DNA of 64,000 bases from an uncultured Rivularia sp. (GCA_963665115.1 OY762007.1:7552001-7616000); one strand, 5' to 3'; shown: positions 11,022 through 22,254, numbered from the stretch's first letter. The notes: generated from the sequence alone by a model not told the origin. Made by a program: numbers and translations.

Positions 11022-12291
11022 TCAATTATCAGTTATCAATTGTTTATCGTTCGTTGCCAATTGTTCATTGTTAACTGATAATTGTTCATTGTTTATTGCT
11101 TTGCTCATTACTTGATAGAGTTTTTGAGCTTCGATATTTATATTAAATTCTTTTTCTACTTTATTTCTTCCTGCGATGCCGAATTTAGTTCTTAATTCGG
11201 CATTATTAAGTAGCTTTTCAATGCTTTGAGCCAAGGAAATTGTATCGCCAGGAGGCACTATATAACCGCTAACTCCATTTTCTACTAATTCGCTGACTCC
11301 GGCAATTTGTGGAGCAACTACAGGTACTCCTGCTGCCATTGCTTCCATTAAGACTACGGGTACTCCTTCGGCGAAGCTAGATGAAACAAACACGTCTGCT
11401 TCTTCAAAGTATTTACGTACTTCTGTTTGCGACTTATAGCCAACAAAATTTACATTGCTGCTTAAACCTAAATCGACCGTCATCTGTTCCAGATAAGTGC
11501 GATCGCTACCATCACCAACCACAGTTAATGTAACATCTGGATGTTGTTGCTTGAGTGAAACTAAGCTTTGCAATAGTATCGGTAAACCTTTGACAGCGGA
11601 GAGTCTAGCGACAAAAAGCAAGCGTTTTCCTTTACCTTGATGAGATACAATATTAAATAATGCCGGGTCGATACCGCAGTGAATGATTTGCAGTTGGTTC
11701 CATTTTTCTATCGGTGAAAATATCATTCCCTGACTGCGACAATAGTTACTAATACAGCTTACAAACAAGGCTCTGTTTATTTTTTCGTCTAGTCTCCAAT
11801 GATACGGTTCAAAGAAAATATAGGGGCCATGCAATGTAAAGCTATAGCTAAAACCCCCTAATTCTGCTGCTAACATCGCAACGCTACAGCTAGAATCTCC
11901 GAAATGGTTATGTAAATGTGGGATTTGTCTTCGTTTTATTTCGTGAGCAAGAATACCGGCTTCTAAAAAATAGAATAATTGATAGAGATTTCCGCGCAAT
12001 CCATGCAATCTAGTTGCTCGGGCTAATTTTAATCCAGCGAAATATCTTTTTGGAGAAGCGAGTAATAAATTTAGATGCGCTCGCAACACCTTTATCGCAT
12101 TTGGGGGAAGAATATAAAAAGTTTGATTTCGTTCTTGTTTTTGTTCTTCTCCCACCATATGTTTCTTCACCAGTAGGGCGCACGGAAAATGTCTCTACTT
12201 GTGCCCCTTGCTCGCGGAGAGCTGCAACCTCACGTTGAATAAAAGTATCTGTAGCTCTGGGATATTCTCCAGTTAAATAAGCAATACGCAT
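11022..12291 (-). CDS. Glycosyltransferase family 4 (WcaL-like), about 422 aa, split by apparent +1 error at ~12162-12164
   Basis: N-terminus MRIAYLTGEYPRATDTFIQRE joins ORF 11022-12170 (HNHFG, EGVPVVLMEAMA) when one T is removed. Confidence 0.85.
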
Positions 12292-12295
12292 AAAT

Positions 12296-12500
12296 TAGGT
12301 TAAAGGTTAAAGTTTAAAGGTTAGGAGTTAGGAGTTGGGAATGAGGAGTGAGTAATAAGTAGTGAGTAGTGAGTAGTGAGTAAATGACTCTTTAGCATCT
12401 TATTGTTGTATAAATGTACGGCTGAACATTTTATACTTATTACTCATTACTTGCTACTCACTACTTCAACAAGCTCTCCTTGTCTCCCCATCACCCCCTC
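12296..12500. repeat. STRR heptamer/low-complexity tracts (TTAGGAG, TGAGTAG, TTACTCA)
   Basis: Visible short tandem repeats between genes. Confidence 0.75.
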
Positions 12501-12505
12501 TCTCA

Positions 12506-13543
12506 TTAGGAAGCAACACCCGTCTTACTGGCTGCATCTGAAAATAAATCTATATCGCTACAGCTACGTTTTAAAGCTCGATCTAGAGAGTATGAGGGTT
12601 GCCAATCCAATATATTTTGGGCTTTTTCGTTACTGTAGTGAAATGATTTAAAACGGGCTTCTAATCTTGCTGGGATAAAGATACCGGGTAGCTTCATTTT
12701 TCCGGAAAAAAGCACTTTATTAGAAAACCAAGCGCTACGCGATAATAAACGCATCAATCCCCAATTTATGCCAATTGTGGAAGGGTGACGCGATAGCAGT
12801 TGTAAAATTTTATCGGCGTAAACTTTTTGGGTTGGTAAATCCGAGTCAACAATATTCAAAGTTTTACCAATGGCTTCTTGACGCATACAAGCACTAACTA
12901 TGGCTTGGGCGCAGTTTTCTACATAAGTAAGGGGTAATTGGGAATTACCACCAATGCGAATCCACAAACGATTCTTTAAATTTACTCCCAAATGAGCGTT
13001 CCACAAGTTATTCCTTCCGTAAACTATCCCTGGACGGATAATGGTGACTTCTCCCTTATTTTTCTGCTCAAAATCTCGAAACAGACTTTCTTGAATTAAT
13101 TTAGTTTGGGCGTAAACGTCTCTATGTAAAGGCTGACTTTCGATAGGCGAATCTTCGTTGATAACTTCACCATCAGGTATACGCAGATAATCAAACACAC
13201 TAAATGTACTTACTGCCACTAAGCGTTTGATATTCACAGCTGCCATCGCTTTCAGTAAATTTTCGGTAGCGACTACAGTATTTGAATACTGCGTTTCATA
13301 GTTACCCTGTTTGGCTGCTGCTAAATGCACTATAGAGTCTGTACCTCTTATAGCTTCTTCAAGTCCTTGCGATCGCGTTAAATCTATACGTATCAATTCT
13401 AAATTTGAAGAATTGCGCCAAGGTAAACGTTTTTCATTACTAGTATGTCTAATTACCGCACGAACTTGAAAACCGCGTTGCAATGCTTCAGCAACTACGT
13501 ATTTTCCTAAAAATCCAGATGCTCCTGTAACTAGTAATTTCAT
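12506..13543 (-). CDS. NAD-dependent epimerase/dehydratase (extended SDR)
   Basis: TGASGFLG, HLAA, YAQTK (YxxxK), RPGIVYG. Confidence 0.9.
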   Translation of the reverse strand: MKLLVTGASGFLGKYVVAEALQRGFQVRAVIRHTSNEKRLPWRNSSNLELIRIDLTRSQGLEEAIRGTDSIVHLAAAKQGNYETQYSNTVVATENLLKAMAAVNIKRLVAVSTFSVFDYLRIPDGEVINEDSPIESQPLHRDVYAQTKLIQESLFRDFEQKNKGEVTIIRPGIVYGRNNLWNAHLGVNLKNRLWIRIGGNSQLPLTYVENCAQAIVSACMRQEAIGKTLNIVDSDLPTQKVYADKILQLLSRHPSTIGINWGLMRLLSRSAWFSNKVLFSGKMKLPGIFIPARLEARFKSFHYSNEKAQNILDWQPSYSLDRALKRSCSDIDLFSDAASKTGVAS

Positions 13544-14658
13544 TTTTCAACAGCTTGATTAGTATTTACGATTTTGATATTTTTACTCCACTTGATTGAA
13601 GGTTTTTCTACCAAATGCCACATTAATGTCGCAAAGGCAATACTGATAGAAATTCCTGCTATTAAGCAAATAAATTCGCTCCAAATATTACGACCAAGCA
13701 ATTTAAATCCTACGAAATAAGCTGCGCCTATGATAAAAACATGGTTTAAATACAAGCTATACGATATTTTACCTAAAAATTGCAACCATCCCCAACTTAA
13801 CCAACCTTGTATCCGATTGGCTCGTGCGACTTCTAATAGTAGTATGGCAACAATTACGCTGGTAATTGCAAAACCTGAAAAATTAATTATTCCTGCCGGT
13901 AATAATATCCCGCAATATAAATAAAACCACAAAGGTTTTAAATTCTCGCGCCATGTCCAGTAGGCAAATACTCCCAGCAAAAAGCTATACAGTAAGGGTA
14001 AAATTATTATCGGTCTGGGATTATCAGTTCCGAACGCACCCAAAGGAAATAGAGCTGTTAACATCGCAACCGGAACGAATACAGCAACTCGACTCAAACT
14101 TAATTTCCATGAATTATCGAGCCACTGTACTAAACCTACTAAAGCTAAGAATACTAAATAGAACTGCACTTCTAAACATAATGTCCAATATACATCATCT
14201 ATATGTTGGAGCTTAAAAATGTCTTGTACATAAAATAGATGTGCAAAAAACCTTTGAAAAGATAAGGGCTGTCCCATCGGCTCAAAAGCTACACCTTTGG
14301 CAGTTGATGCGAAGAAAGCAAAGGCTAAAGTGACAAGGATTGATACATAGTAAGGTGGACTAAGCCTTACAAACCGTTTGATAGCAAAATTTTTGAAATA
14401 GTTAAAGTCAATTTTGGCGTTACGTAATGAATATGCCATCACGAAACCACTCAGAACAAAAAAGATCGCAACACCCCTACTTCCCCATCTAAACGCTATA
14501 TCCACAAACCATTCAGGCAGAGAGCTAGTTAATTGAGAAATACGTCCATCTGGATCGGCATGATATAAGACTACCCAAAAAGCTCCCACACCTCGCAATC
14601 CATCAATAAATAGGAAGTGAATTTTAGGCTTTGCAACTGTAGTATTCGATAATACCAT
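13540..14658 (-). CDS. Acyltransferase family 3 (AT3/OafA-like)
   Basis: IDGLRG, FFVLSGF, RFVRL.PPY, WTL..EVQFY, ISYSLYL.H, VEKP; overlaps downstream gene by 4 nt. Confidence 0.9.
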   Translation of the reverse strand: MVLSNTTVAKPKIHFLFIDGLRGVGAFWVVLYHADPDGRISQLTSSLPEWFVDIAFRWGSRGVAIFFVLSGFVMAYSLRNAKIDFNYFKNFAIKRFVRLSPPYYVSILVTLAFAFFASTAKGVAFEPMGQPLSFQRFFAHLFYVQDIFKLQHIDDVYWTLCLEVQFYLVFLALVGLVQWLDNSWKLSLSRVAVFVPVAMLTALFPLGAFGTDNPRPIIILPLLYSFLLGVFAYWTWRENLKPLWFYLYCGILLPAGIINFSGFAITSVIVAILLLEVARANRIQGWLSWGWLQFLGKISYSLYLNHVFIIGAAYFVGFKLLGRNIWSEFICLIAGISISIAFATLMWHLVEKPSIKWSKNIKIVNTNQAVEK

Positions 14659-15601
14659 CTTGTTAATTCTCTCGCAGTTATTTGTAATTAGGTTTAAGCT
14701 TTAAAAGACAACTGCTGCTTTAGTGTCATTGATATAAAGACAAACAATCAGCTAATCGGAAACGTCCATGTTGGGTATAAATTATGTCGCTTCTTAAAGA
14801 ATTTACAGCAACATACTTATTTATAAGTACGACATCATTTTCAAGCCGAAATATACTTGTTTGAGATTTAAGCATTACTATGTTGTACTTTACAAATTGA
14901 TAGCACAAACTGCGTCTATTTTTAAAATTGTAGTTTTTACAATTAACTTAAACCTCGTTTTCAGTAACAGAACAATATTTGAACCATTCAAGGGACAGTT
15001 ACAAAAAACTCGTCTTTATGACACTGATAAGATTTTACGGCTAAAAACTTTTATTTTCCTAGTTTTTATGGTTGATTGTTCTGGATGCTATTTACTAGAA
15101 GCAAACAAAGCAATCTTTACAAAAACTTTAAACACTGATTGTTTTCTACATCTAAATTTTATATTTTTCAGGTAATTAAAAAATTTACTTTGTAAACAAA
15201 ATATGTTATTGTATCGAAGGATTTTAAATCAAGGAAAAATAGTTATCAAATTTACCTGCATATTAAATAATAATTTTTCCTGTTGCTTGTAAAGTATGAA
15301 ATAGATAGTAAAATGCGATTTCTTGAAGTAGTATTTTATATTTGATGAGCATGATTTCTATCTTAAAAATTCGCTCTAATCCTAATTATTACGCTAAAAA
15401 TTATTTATCAGGCATAAATAATTTTAGATAAATCTCCTAAAAAGAGTTGGTTTTATATAGTGACTATACTTCCCGAATTTTGCCAACGATAATATCAAGT
15501 TTAGAAATTTAGAGAATAATCAAGGCATAGTAAGTAAGTATAGAAGACCTCAATTAATTAGCCGATCTTGACAAGATTATAAATATTTATTCGGAAAAAA
15601 T

Positions 15602-16948
15602 ATGGCATCTGTAAAAAGGCTTGCTGTTTTAGGTGCAATTTGGACAATTGGTGGTTATGGTGCAAGTCAGATAATACGTTTTGGCAGTAACTTAATTTTA
15701 ACTCGTCTGTTAGTACCAGAGTTTTTTGGTCTGATGGCTATAGTTAACGTATTAAGAATGGGTATCGAACTATTCTCGGACGTGGGTATCTCTCCAAGTA
15801 TTATTAATAATAAAAGAGGTGATGAACCCGATTTCTGTAACACAGCTTGGACGTTACAGCTGGTACGTGGGATAGTTATTTGGTTTTTTGCTTTACTTGT
15901 TACTCAGCAAATAGCAAATTTTTATGAAGACGAACGACTGCTATGGTTAATTCCGATTGTCGGATTTTCTTCTGTTATCGATGGATTTAGTTCGACTAAT
16001 ATATATACTTGTCAGCGGAGATTAGATTTAGCTCGCTTTACTGTATTTGATTTCATTGTACAAATATTAACTGTAGCGACCTTGGTTTTACTCGCTTGGT
16101 TGAGTCCTACTATATGGTCATTGGCTTTAGGAAGTCTTGCAGGTGCCTTATACAGAACAATAGGTAGTCATTGGTTAATACCTAAAAGGGTCAATCGTTT
16201 TGCTTGGAATCGGGAAGCACTTAAAGAAATTCTATCCTTTGGTAAATGGATGTTTGTCTCATCAGCATTAATGTTTATGGCTGAACAATCCGATCGTTTA
16301 ATTCTGGGTAAGTTATTAAGCTCTGAACTTGAAGTATTAGGCATATATACAATAGCCTATGCTTTGGCGAACATACCCAAAGAAGTTATTAAAAAACTTA
16401 GTTATAGAGTTATATTTCCTGCTATCTCCAGTCAAGTTGATTTACCGCGTTCAAGTTTACGGGCTAAAATATTGCCTCAACGTAGATTAATGCTGATGGG
16501 ATTTGCTGTAGCTTTAGCTGCGTTGATAACCGTTGGCGATTTAATAATTGCCACACTTTATGACAGCAGATACGTGGAAGCAACATGGATGATGCCAATT
16601 TTATGCTGCGGTATTTGGTTTTCGTTGTTGTTTTATACTCTTAGTCCGGCTCTTTTAGCAATTAGCAAACCTTTGTATTCTGCCCAAAGCAATTTAGCTC
16701 GATTTGTGATGATTGGCGTAGTACTACCTCTAGCGTATTTCCGTTTTGGTATTTTGGGAGCAATTATTACAATTGCCTTTAGTGACTTACCTTTGTATAT
16801 AGTTAATTTGTATGGACTTTGGCAAGAAAAACTTTCTTGTATTAGTCAAGATATCCAGATGACTGCTATGTTTATCGCAATCCTAACTTTATTTATTTTC
16901 GTCCGTAATTATTTAGGTTTTGGGTTTCCAATCCAAGCCATACTTTAA
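15602..16948 (+). CDS. wzx: Oligosaccharide flippase (Wzx/PST family)
   Basis: LTRLLVPEFFGLMA, DVGI, D(R)LILGKLL, multi-TM. Confidence 0.85.
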   Translation: MASVKRLAVLGAIWTIGGYGASQIIRFGSNLILTRLLVPEFFGLMAIVNVLRMGIELFSDVGISPSIINNKRGDEPDFCNTAWTLQLVRGIVIWFFALLVTQQIANFYEDERLLWLIPIVGFSSVIDGFSSTNIYTCQRRLDLARFTVFDFIVQILTVATLVLLAWLSPTIWSLALGSLAGALYRTIGSHWLIPKRVNRFAWNREALKEILSFGKWMFVSSALMFMAEQSDRLILGKLLSSELEVLGIYTIAYALANIPKEVIKKLSYRVIFPAISSQVDLPRSSLRAKILPQRRLMLMGFAVALAALITVGDLIIATLYDSRYVEATWMMPILCCGIWFSLLFYTLSPALLAISKPLYSAQSNLARFVMIGVVLPLAYFRFGILGAIITIAFSDLPLYIVNLYGLWQEKLSCISQDIQMTAMFIAILTLFIFVRNYLGFGFPIQAIL

Positions 16949-17132
16949 ATAAAAATTACATTTCCAAGAGTTGACTATTGTTTATTTTCTCTATCTTAAA
17001 GCGGGGGTAAAAAATCTGAGTGAATCATAGATTTATTTCTTCTAAAGTCAGAATCGATCTCTGCCTAAATTAGTTAATTTTCATAGAACATATTTTAAAA
17101 TTCTTGACCCAAACAGTAAAAGGCATAATTAA

Positions 17133-18782
17133 ATGCTATTCAACTCAATTGAATTTCCTCTTTTTCTGGCTATTACCTATATCGGCTATCGGATTCTTCC
17201 TTTTAGAGGACAAAATCTTTTATTGTTAATCGCTAGTTATATTTTTTACGGATGGTGGGATGAGAGATTTTTATTTCTGATTGTTTTATCAACAACTATT
17301 GATTTTTGCTGCGGTTTAATGATTGATAAAGGAAGACTAACTTTATGGGAAAGATGTCTCCCTTCTGTCTATTTAATGTTAGCTAATATATTTTTTATTA
17401 CATTAAGTTGGGAAAATGTTATTTTCAATCCTTATTCTCTAAGTTTTTCAAAAAAGTGGTCAGAAATATTTGTTGATAGCTTATCGGGATGGGCTGTTTT
17501 TCTAGCTTTATTAGTCTTAATCATTCTCGCTAATTTAGCCTACTTTCCTTTAAGTCGTTTAGCCAAAAATAAACAGAAGAAAATATTTTTATCTGTTAGT
17601 ATCCTTGCAAATCTAGGAATATTGGGTATATTTAAGTATTTTAATTTCTTTGTTGACAGTGCAGAAAGCATTTTTGCAACTGTGGGAGTTCCAACAAATA
17701 TTTCCAGCTTAAATATTATTCTTCCTATAGGTATCTCTTTCTATACTTTTCAAACAATGAGTTATACCATTGATATTTATAGAGGGGAACTAAAAGCAAC
17801 GAATCGTTTCTTAGATTTTGCCTTATTTGTATCTTTTTTCCCACAATTAGTTGCTGGTCCAATTGAACGTGCATCTGAATTACTCCCCCGCATACTTGCT
17901 CCTAGAGAATTAAGTTTTAAACAATCAACTAGAGGTTTGTACTTAATTTTATTCGGATTATTTAAAAAAATTGCTATTGCAGACAGTATTGCTAAATCAG
18001 TCAATTCTATTTATGAAATCAGCGGACAACAGGTATCTTGGTTGGATGTTGTTTTAGCAACTTTCCTTTTTGCAATCCAAATTTATTGTGATTTTTCTGG
18101 CTATTCTGATATTGCTAGAGGAGTTTCCAAATTATTTGGAATTGAATTAATGCGTAACTTCAATCTTCCTTATTTTTCTCGGAATCCTAGTGAGTTTTGG
18201 CAAAGATGGCATATCAGTCTTTCAAGTTGGCTACGAGATTATTTATATATTCCATTAGGGGGTAATCGTCGAGGAAATGTTTATCGAAATTTAATGATAA
18301 CTATGGTCTTAGGAGGGCTATGGCATGGGGCTGGATGGAACTTCGTTTTGTGGGGATTTTATCAAGGAACTTTATTATGTATTTATCGATTCGGAAAAAA
18401 AGCTTTTTCATCCATCAGACTACTACCAAACTCTTGGTCAACGGTTAACTCTTTAATAACAACTGTAATCTTTTTCATATTTACTTGTTATGGTTGGTTA
18501 CTATTTAGAGCTAATTCTTTTGAACAAATTGCGAGCTTTACCCAGATATTATTCACAGATATAGGGAATTTTAGTATTTCAATATCAAAACCTACACTTG
18601 CTGGTGTATTTGGTCTTCCTTTGCTATTTTTTTATGAACTAATTGAATATAATAACCAAAGTGCTACGTTTTATCTAAAAATTCCTGCTATAGTTCGGGG
18701 TATTTTTTATGCTTTATTAACAACAATAATGATTATGGGTATGAGTAATGAACCAGAACAATTTATTTATTTTCAATTTTAA
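17133..18782 (+). CDS. MBOAT family O-acyltransferase (AlgI/PatA-like)
   Basis: MLFNS, LPIGISFYTFQ, FFPQLVAGPI, DFSGYSD, FWQRWHISLS, GLWHGA, FIYFQF. Confidence 0.92.
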   Translation: MLFNSIEFPLFLAITYIGYRILPFRGQNLLLLIASYIFYGWWDERFLFLIVLSTTIDFCCGLMIDKGRLTLWERCLPSVYLMLANIFFITLSWENVIFNPYSLSFSKKWSEIFVDSLSGWAVFLALLVLIILANLAYFPLSRLAKNKQKKIFLSVSILANLGILGIFKYFNFFVDSAESIFATVGVPTNISSLNIILPIGISFYTFQTMSYTIDIYRGELKATNRFLDFALFVSFFPQLVAGPIERASELLPRILAPRELSFKQSTRGLYLILFGLFKKIAIADSIAKSVNSIYEISGQQVSWLDVVLATFLFAIQIYCDFSGYSDIARGVSKLFGIELMRNFNLPYFSRNPSEFWQRWHISLSSWLRDYLYIPLGGNRRGNVYRNLMITMVLGGLWHGAGWNFVLWGFYQGTLLCIYRFGKKAFSSIRLLPNSWSTVNSLITTVIFFIFTCYGWLLFRANSFEQIASFTQILFTDIGNFSISISKPTLAGVFGLPLLFFYELIEYNNQSATFYLKIPAIVRGIFYALLTTIMIMGMSNEPEQFIYFQF

Positions 18783-18842
18783 ATCCTAATTGTTTTTATC
18801 AATTATTAAGTAGTTGTCAAATAATTTTACCCATAAATAACT

Positions 18843-20010
18843 ATGAAATTGGCTTACCAAAAAAAAATTACCTCCAGACCAATAACGCGAGACATCCTCA
18901 AAATTACGGGTGGTTTTTTAGGATTTATAATATTATTTGAAATTATTGTCAATCTCTTGTTCCCTTATCCTCAAGACCCTCAAAATACAAATCCGGGAAC
19001 ATTACCACTGTATTTCGATTATGGTAAATCTATTGAAGGTAAAGTTCGGCGACAATTAGGGACGAGTAAGGAGAACAGTGCGCCCATTGCTCAAGCTGGT
19101 TGGTTAGATCCTCAAAATTGGCAGACACTACCGAGCAAACCTAATACAAAACAAGACACACTGGTTGCTATTTATGGTATGTCCTTTACCAATGATGTTA
19201 GTAAAGCCATAAATAAGATAGAACCGCAAATTACAATCAGAAGAATTGACGGGGCCGACAGCACCTCCGAACCATTCTTTTGCTGCTTATTCTATCGATC
19301 GGGAAAATCATGATGCTGATGTTGTTATTTGGGGAATTTTAGCATCGAGCGTTCAAGGAATGAATGCTATGACTGGAATGACTTGGGGTGCTGAAGTCCC
19401 AGCACCTTTTACTTTCCCGAAGTATTATCTCGAACAAGGTAATTTAAAAGCTGTTTGGCCTTCTATTGACTCTTTGGAAAGTTTACGTCTAGCCAAACAG
19501 GATGAAAGCAAATGGCAAACTTTTGTAACTCAGTTGCAAAAGAATGACAATTTTTACAATACATTCTCTTTTGAACAGAATATTTTAGATAACTCGGCTA
19601 TTGTCCGCATGATTCGTCGAGCTTGGACGCAAAAATTTAAAAGTCAAAAACTTAGTCAAATTCACAGCCCTGAAGGTTTTGATAATAAGTGGGAAGGAAT
19701 CGCTGTCTTAAATGAAATGATAAAACAATTTGCTAAAACAGCTAAAGCTGATGGTAAACTTCCCATTATTCTTGTAATTAATAATGTAGGCTATGACGAT
19801 CATTTGTTTACAGCGATTGAACCAACCCTCAGCAAAGAGTCAATTCCTTACATAAGTACTCATGATATTGTTCCAGCTAGCAATATGACGAACTTTATAT
19901 CAGATGGTCATTTTACTCCAGAGGCTAATCAAAAAATCGCTCAAGAAGTTATAAAGTTAATTGAAAAAGAACATTCCGATGTTGCACCTAGTAAAGCCGA
20001 TACATTTTAA
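18843..20010 (+). CDS. SGNH-like periplasmic partner of the MBOAT (AlgJ/AlgX-like), about 388 aa, split by apparent +1 error at 19251-19254
   Basis: N-terminal TM, YGMSF block-I-like motif, C-terminal DGH; two ORFs join when one G is removed. Confidence 0.6.
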
Positions 20011-20253
20011 TTTAGCAATTAATCATCATGTAGGATCTTACTCCTTTCCCGGTGGAAGATTACCTAATTGAGCGAGGGGGAAGAGTGGGTAGAGGGGGGA
20101 GAAATCTTATAGGAAATCTTAAAGCAGAACGGAAATAATTAAAAATCGCTTACTCATTCTTCGTCCGTCGTAAATATTGTTTTGTTAAGTAGGGGAACAA
20201 AACAATGCAAATGTCATTCGTTTATAGATTCACTCAAAAAGTTGAATTGATAA

Positions 20254-21315
20254 TTGGTGATGGCATATCATTTAGCGCTCAGTAGTTTTGTTGATTTGAA
20301 GGAGATAAAACAAGATGCTCAAATTGGTAAACGTCCCGCTCATGTGATATTCGATATTAGTCAGCATTTGAATGCAAAAATACATCAACCAAGTAAAGGT
20401 TTTTTGTTACCAACTCATTTTATATGCGAAAACATCATAGGATGCAGACATGATTGGCTTTTAGCACGTAATCTCTCATCGATACTTACCGCAGATGATG
20501 TAATATTTTGCGCTGATGAAAACGTAGGATTACCTGTTGCAGCACTCTGTGGAGGAAGAAAGAAGGGGCCTAAAGTTGCTGTGTTTATCCATAATCTCAA
20601 CAGACTGCGGGGACGTTTAGCCTTGAAGCTATTTGACATCAGGAAAAGAGTTGATTTGTTTATGACAGCTAATCTAGAACAAGTCGATTTTCTACGCGAC
20701 TATCTGAATTTACCAGAACATCGGGTTTGTCTGTTTCCTTATCAACCTACAGATACATCATTCTTTACTCCGAAACTTGCTCCATCAAGGAAATCGCGTC
20801 CGTTAGTTGTTAGTGGAGGTTTGGAACAACGAGACTATCGAACTTTGGCACGAGCAATAGAATGTCTTGATGTTGATGTCAAAATTAGCGCTGCTTCTCC
20901 AATCAAAACTGTCAATTCGCAGACTTTCCCCGAAGTTATTCCGGAGAATATGTCGCATCGCTATTATGATTGGAATTCTTTGGTGCAGCTTTATAGCGAG
21001 GCTGACATTATTGCGATCGCACTTTGTGAAAATAATTTTCAAGCGGGTTTATCTACTTTGTTTGAGGCTCTTGCCTGTCGCAAGCCGGTTATCATAACTC
21101 GCTCGCCAGGAATTATCCAAGAATTAATCGATGCTAAAGCAGTATGGGGGGTAAATCCTGGTGATTCGGAGGGTTTGAATCAAGCAATTAACAGCCTGTT
21201 AATAAGTTTTAAACAGAGAGAGGATTTAGCCGATAACGGTTATCGGCTGGTACACGAACGTTACAATCACCACGCCTATGTCAAAGCTTTGGTTGAGCAA
21301 TTGACCAATATTTAA
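20254..21315 (+). CDS. Glycosyltransferase family 4-like
   Basis: GLEQRDY, AGLSTLFEALAC.KPVI. Confidence 0.8.
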   Translation: MVMAYHLALSSFVDLKEIKQDAQIGKRPAHVIFDISQHLNAKIHQPSKGFLLPTHFICENIIGCRHDWLLARNLSSILTADDVIFCADENVGLPVAALCGGRKKGPKVAVFIHNLNRLRGRLALKLFDIRKRVDLFMTANLEQVDFLRDYLNLPEHRVCLFPYQPTDTSFFTPKLAPSRKSRPLVVSGGLEQRDYRTLARAIECLDVDVKISAASPIKTVNSQTFPEVIPENMSHRYYDWNSLVQLYSEADIIAIALCENNFQAGLSTLFEALACRKPVIITRSPGIIQELIDAKAVWGVNPGDSEGLNQAINSLLISFKQREDLADNGYRLVHERYNHHAYVKALVEQLTNI

Positions 21316-21440
21316 TCTTTGAGAATAGATATTTTGCTTTTAGACTACACGCATATTCAGGGTTGCATCGTCATATTTGCTTCAAGATTTAGAAGAGATT
21401 TTCAAGAAATAATTTTTAACATTTATAAGGAAGATGCTGA

Positions 21441-21597
21441 TATAAGAATCCGTTTTTATTTCTGTTAGCGCAAGCGTGGCGGAGCCATATAACTCGTAGG
21501 GGCTAGGGAATAGGAAGCAGGGAATAGAAAATGTACTGAGTCTTTTAAGCGCAAAGCCCACGCTACGCGAACAAAATTCTGCTCCCGTAATCCTATA
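21441..21597. mobile_element. Putative MITE-like element carrying two short dispersed repeat insertions
   Basis: Imperfect TATAAGA...TCCTATA ends; internal TTAGCGCAAGCGTGGCGGAGCCATA and TAAGCGCAAAGCCCACGCTACGCGAA units. Confidence 0.4.
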
Positions 21598-21616
21598 GTT
21601 ATAAAAAGAATAATTT

Positions 21617-21740
21617 GGACGGGCAGGATGCCCCGCAGTCGCTACAACGGGGGGAACCCCCCTTCGGGTTCAGCATTTGCTCATGGGGGAAACCCCCAAG
21701 ATCGTAATGCTTCACCGCAACGCGCTGCTCTCCATCCTAC
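21617..21740. repeat. Nested REP/short dispersed repeat complex
   Basis: REP GGACGGGCAGGATGCCC|CATCCTAC interrupted by a GC-rich hairpin element that is itself interrupted by a second one. Confidence 0.6.
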
Positions 21741-21747
21741 AAGAATT

Positions 21748-22254
21748 TTATTTTGTAGCTTGCGAACGGTGTAAAATTGGCATAGCAAACAATCCCCATG
21801 CTAAACCTGTAATTAAGCCAAATGGCGTAACTATAATATTTTGAAAACTCCACCAGCCTAATATTTGCGCTGCCATTTCTAAAGGATAAGCCATCATTAA
21901 TACAGTAGCGATCGCCGCACCATTCCAACCGTATTGATGCAGCCAGTAAAAAGCTTTCCCTTTGTCCGTAATGTACAGTAAACGAGTAGCGAATAAACCC
22001 ATCACGGTACCGTAACAACGCATACATACAGCCATGAGGAAGGGGGATGCAAACTCAATCCCCATATGAGGTTGAGGACAAACGTGATGACCCATAAAAT
22101 AAATGATATTTGCTATTTGAGGTAAAATAGGCAACCCAGATGCAGCCAGAAAAGGAGCAATAATTGGCCCGATTACCATTCCTGTAAGTAGGAAATCAGT
22201 AATAAAACTTACGGGGTTAATTTGTAGTTGTCTGTTGAAAGTTGTTAGTTGCAT
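21748..22254 (-). CDS. DUF2085-like membrane protein
   Basis: HHVCPQ and AVCMRCYG motifs, TM helices; start set at MQLTT. Confidence 0.75.
   Translation of the reverse strand: MQLTTFNRQLQINPVSFITDFLLTGMVIGPIIAPFLAASGLPILPQIANIIYFMGHHVCPQPHMGIEFASPFLMAVCMRCYGTVMGLFATRLLYITDKGKAFYWLHQYGWNGAAIATVLMMAYPLEMAAQILGWWSFQNIIVTPFGLITGLAWGLFAMPILHRSQATK

Noticed and set aside
14726..15175. Two short ORFs in the EPS intergenic region
   Set aside because: No motifs, non-ATG starts, they overlap each other; likely chance ORFs in AT-rich DNA
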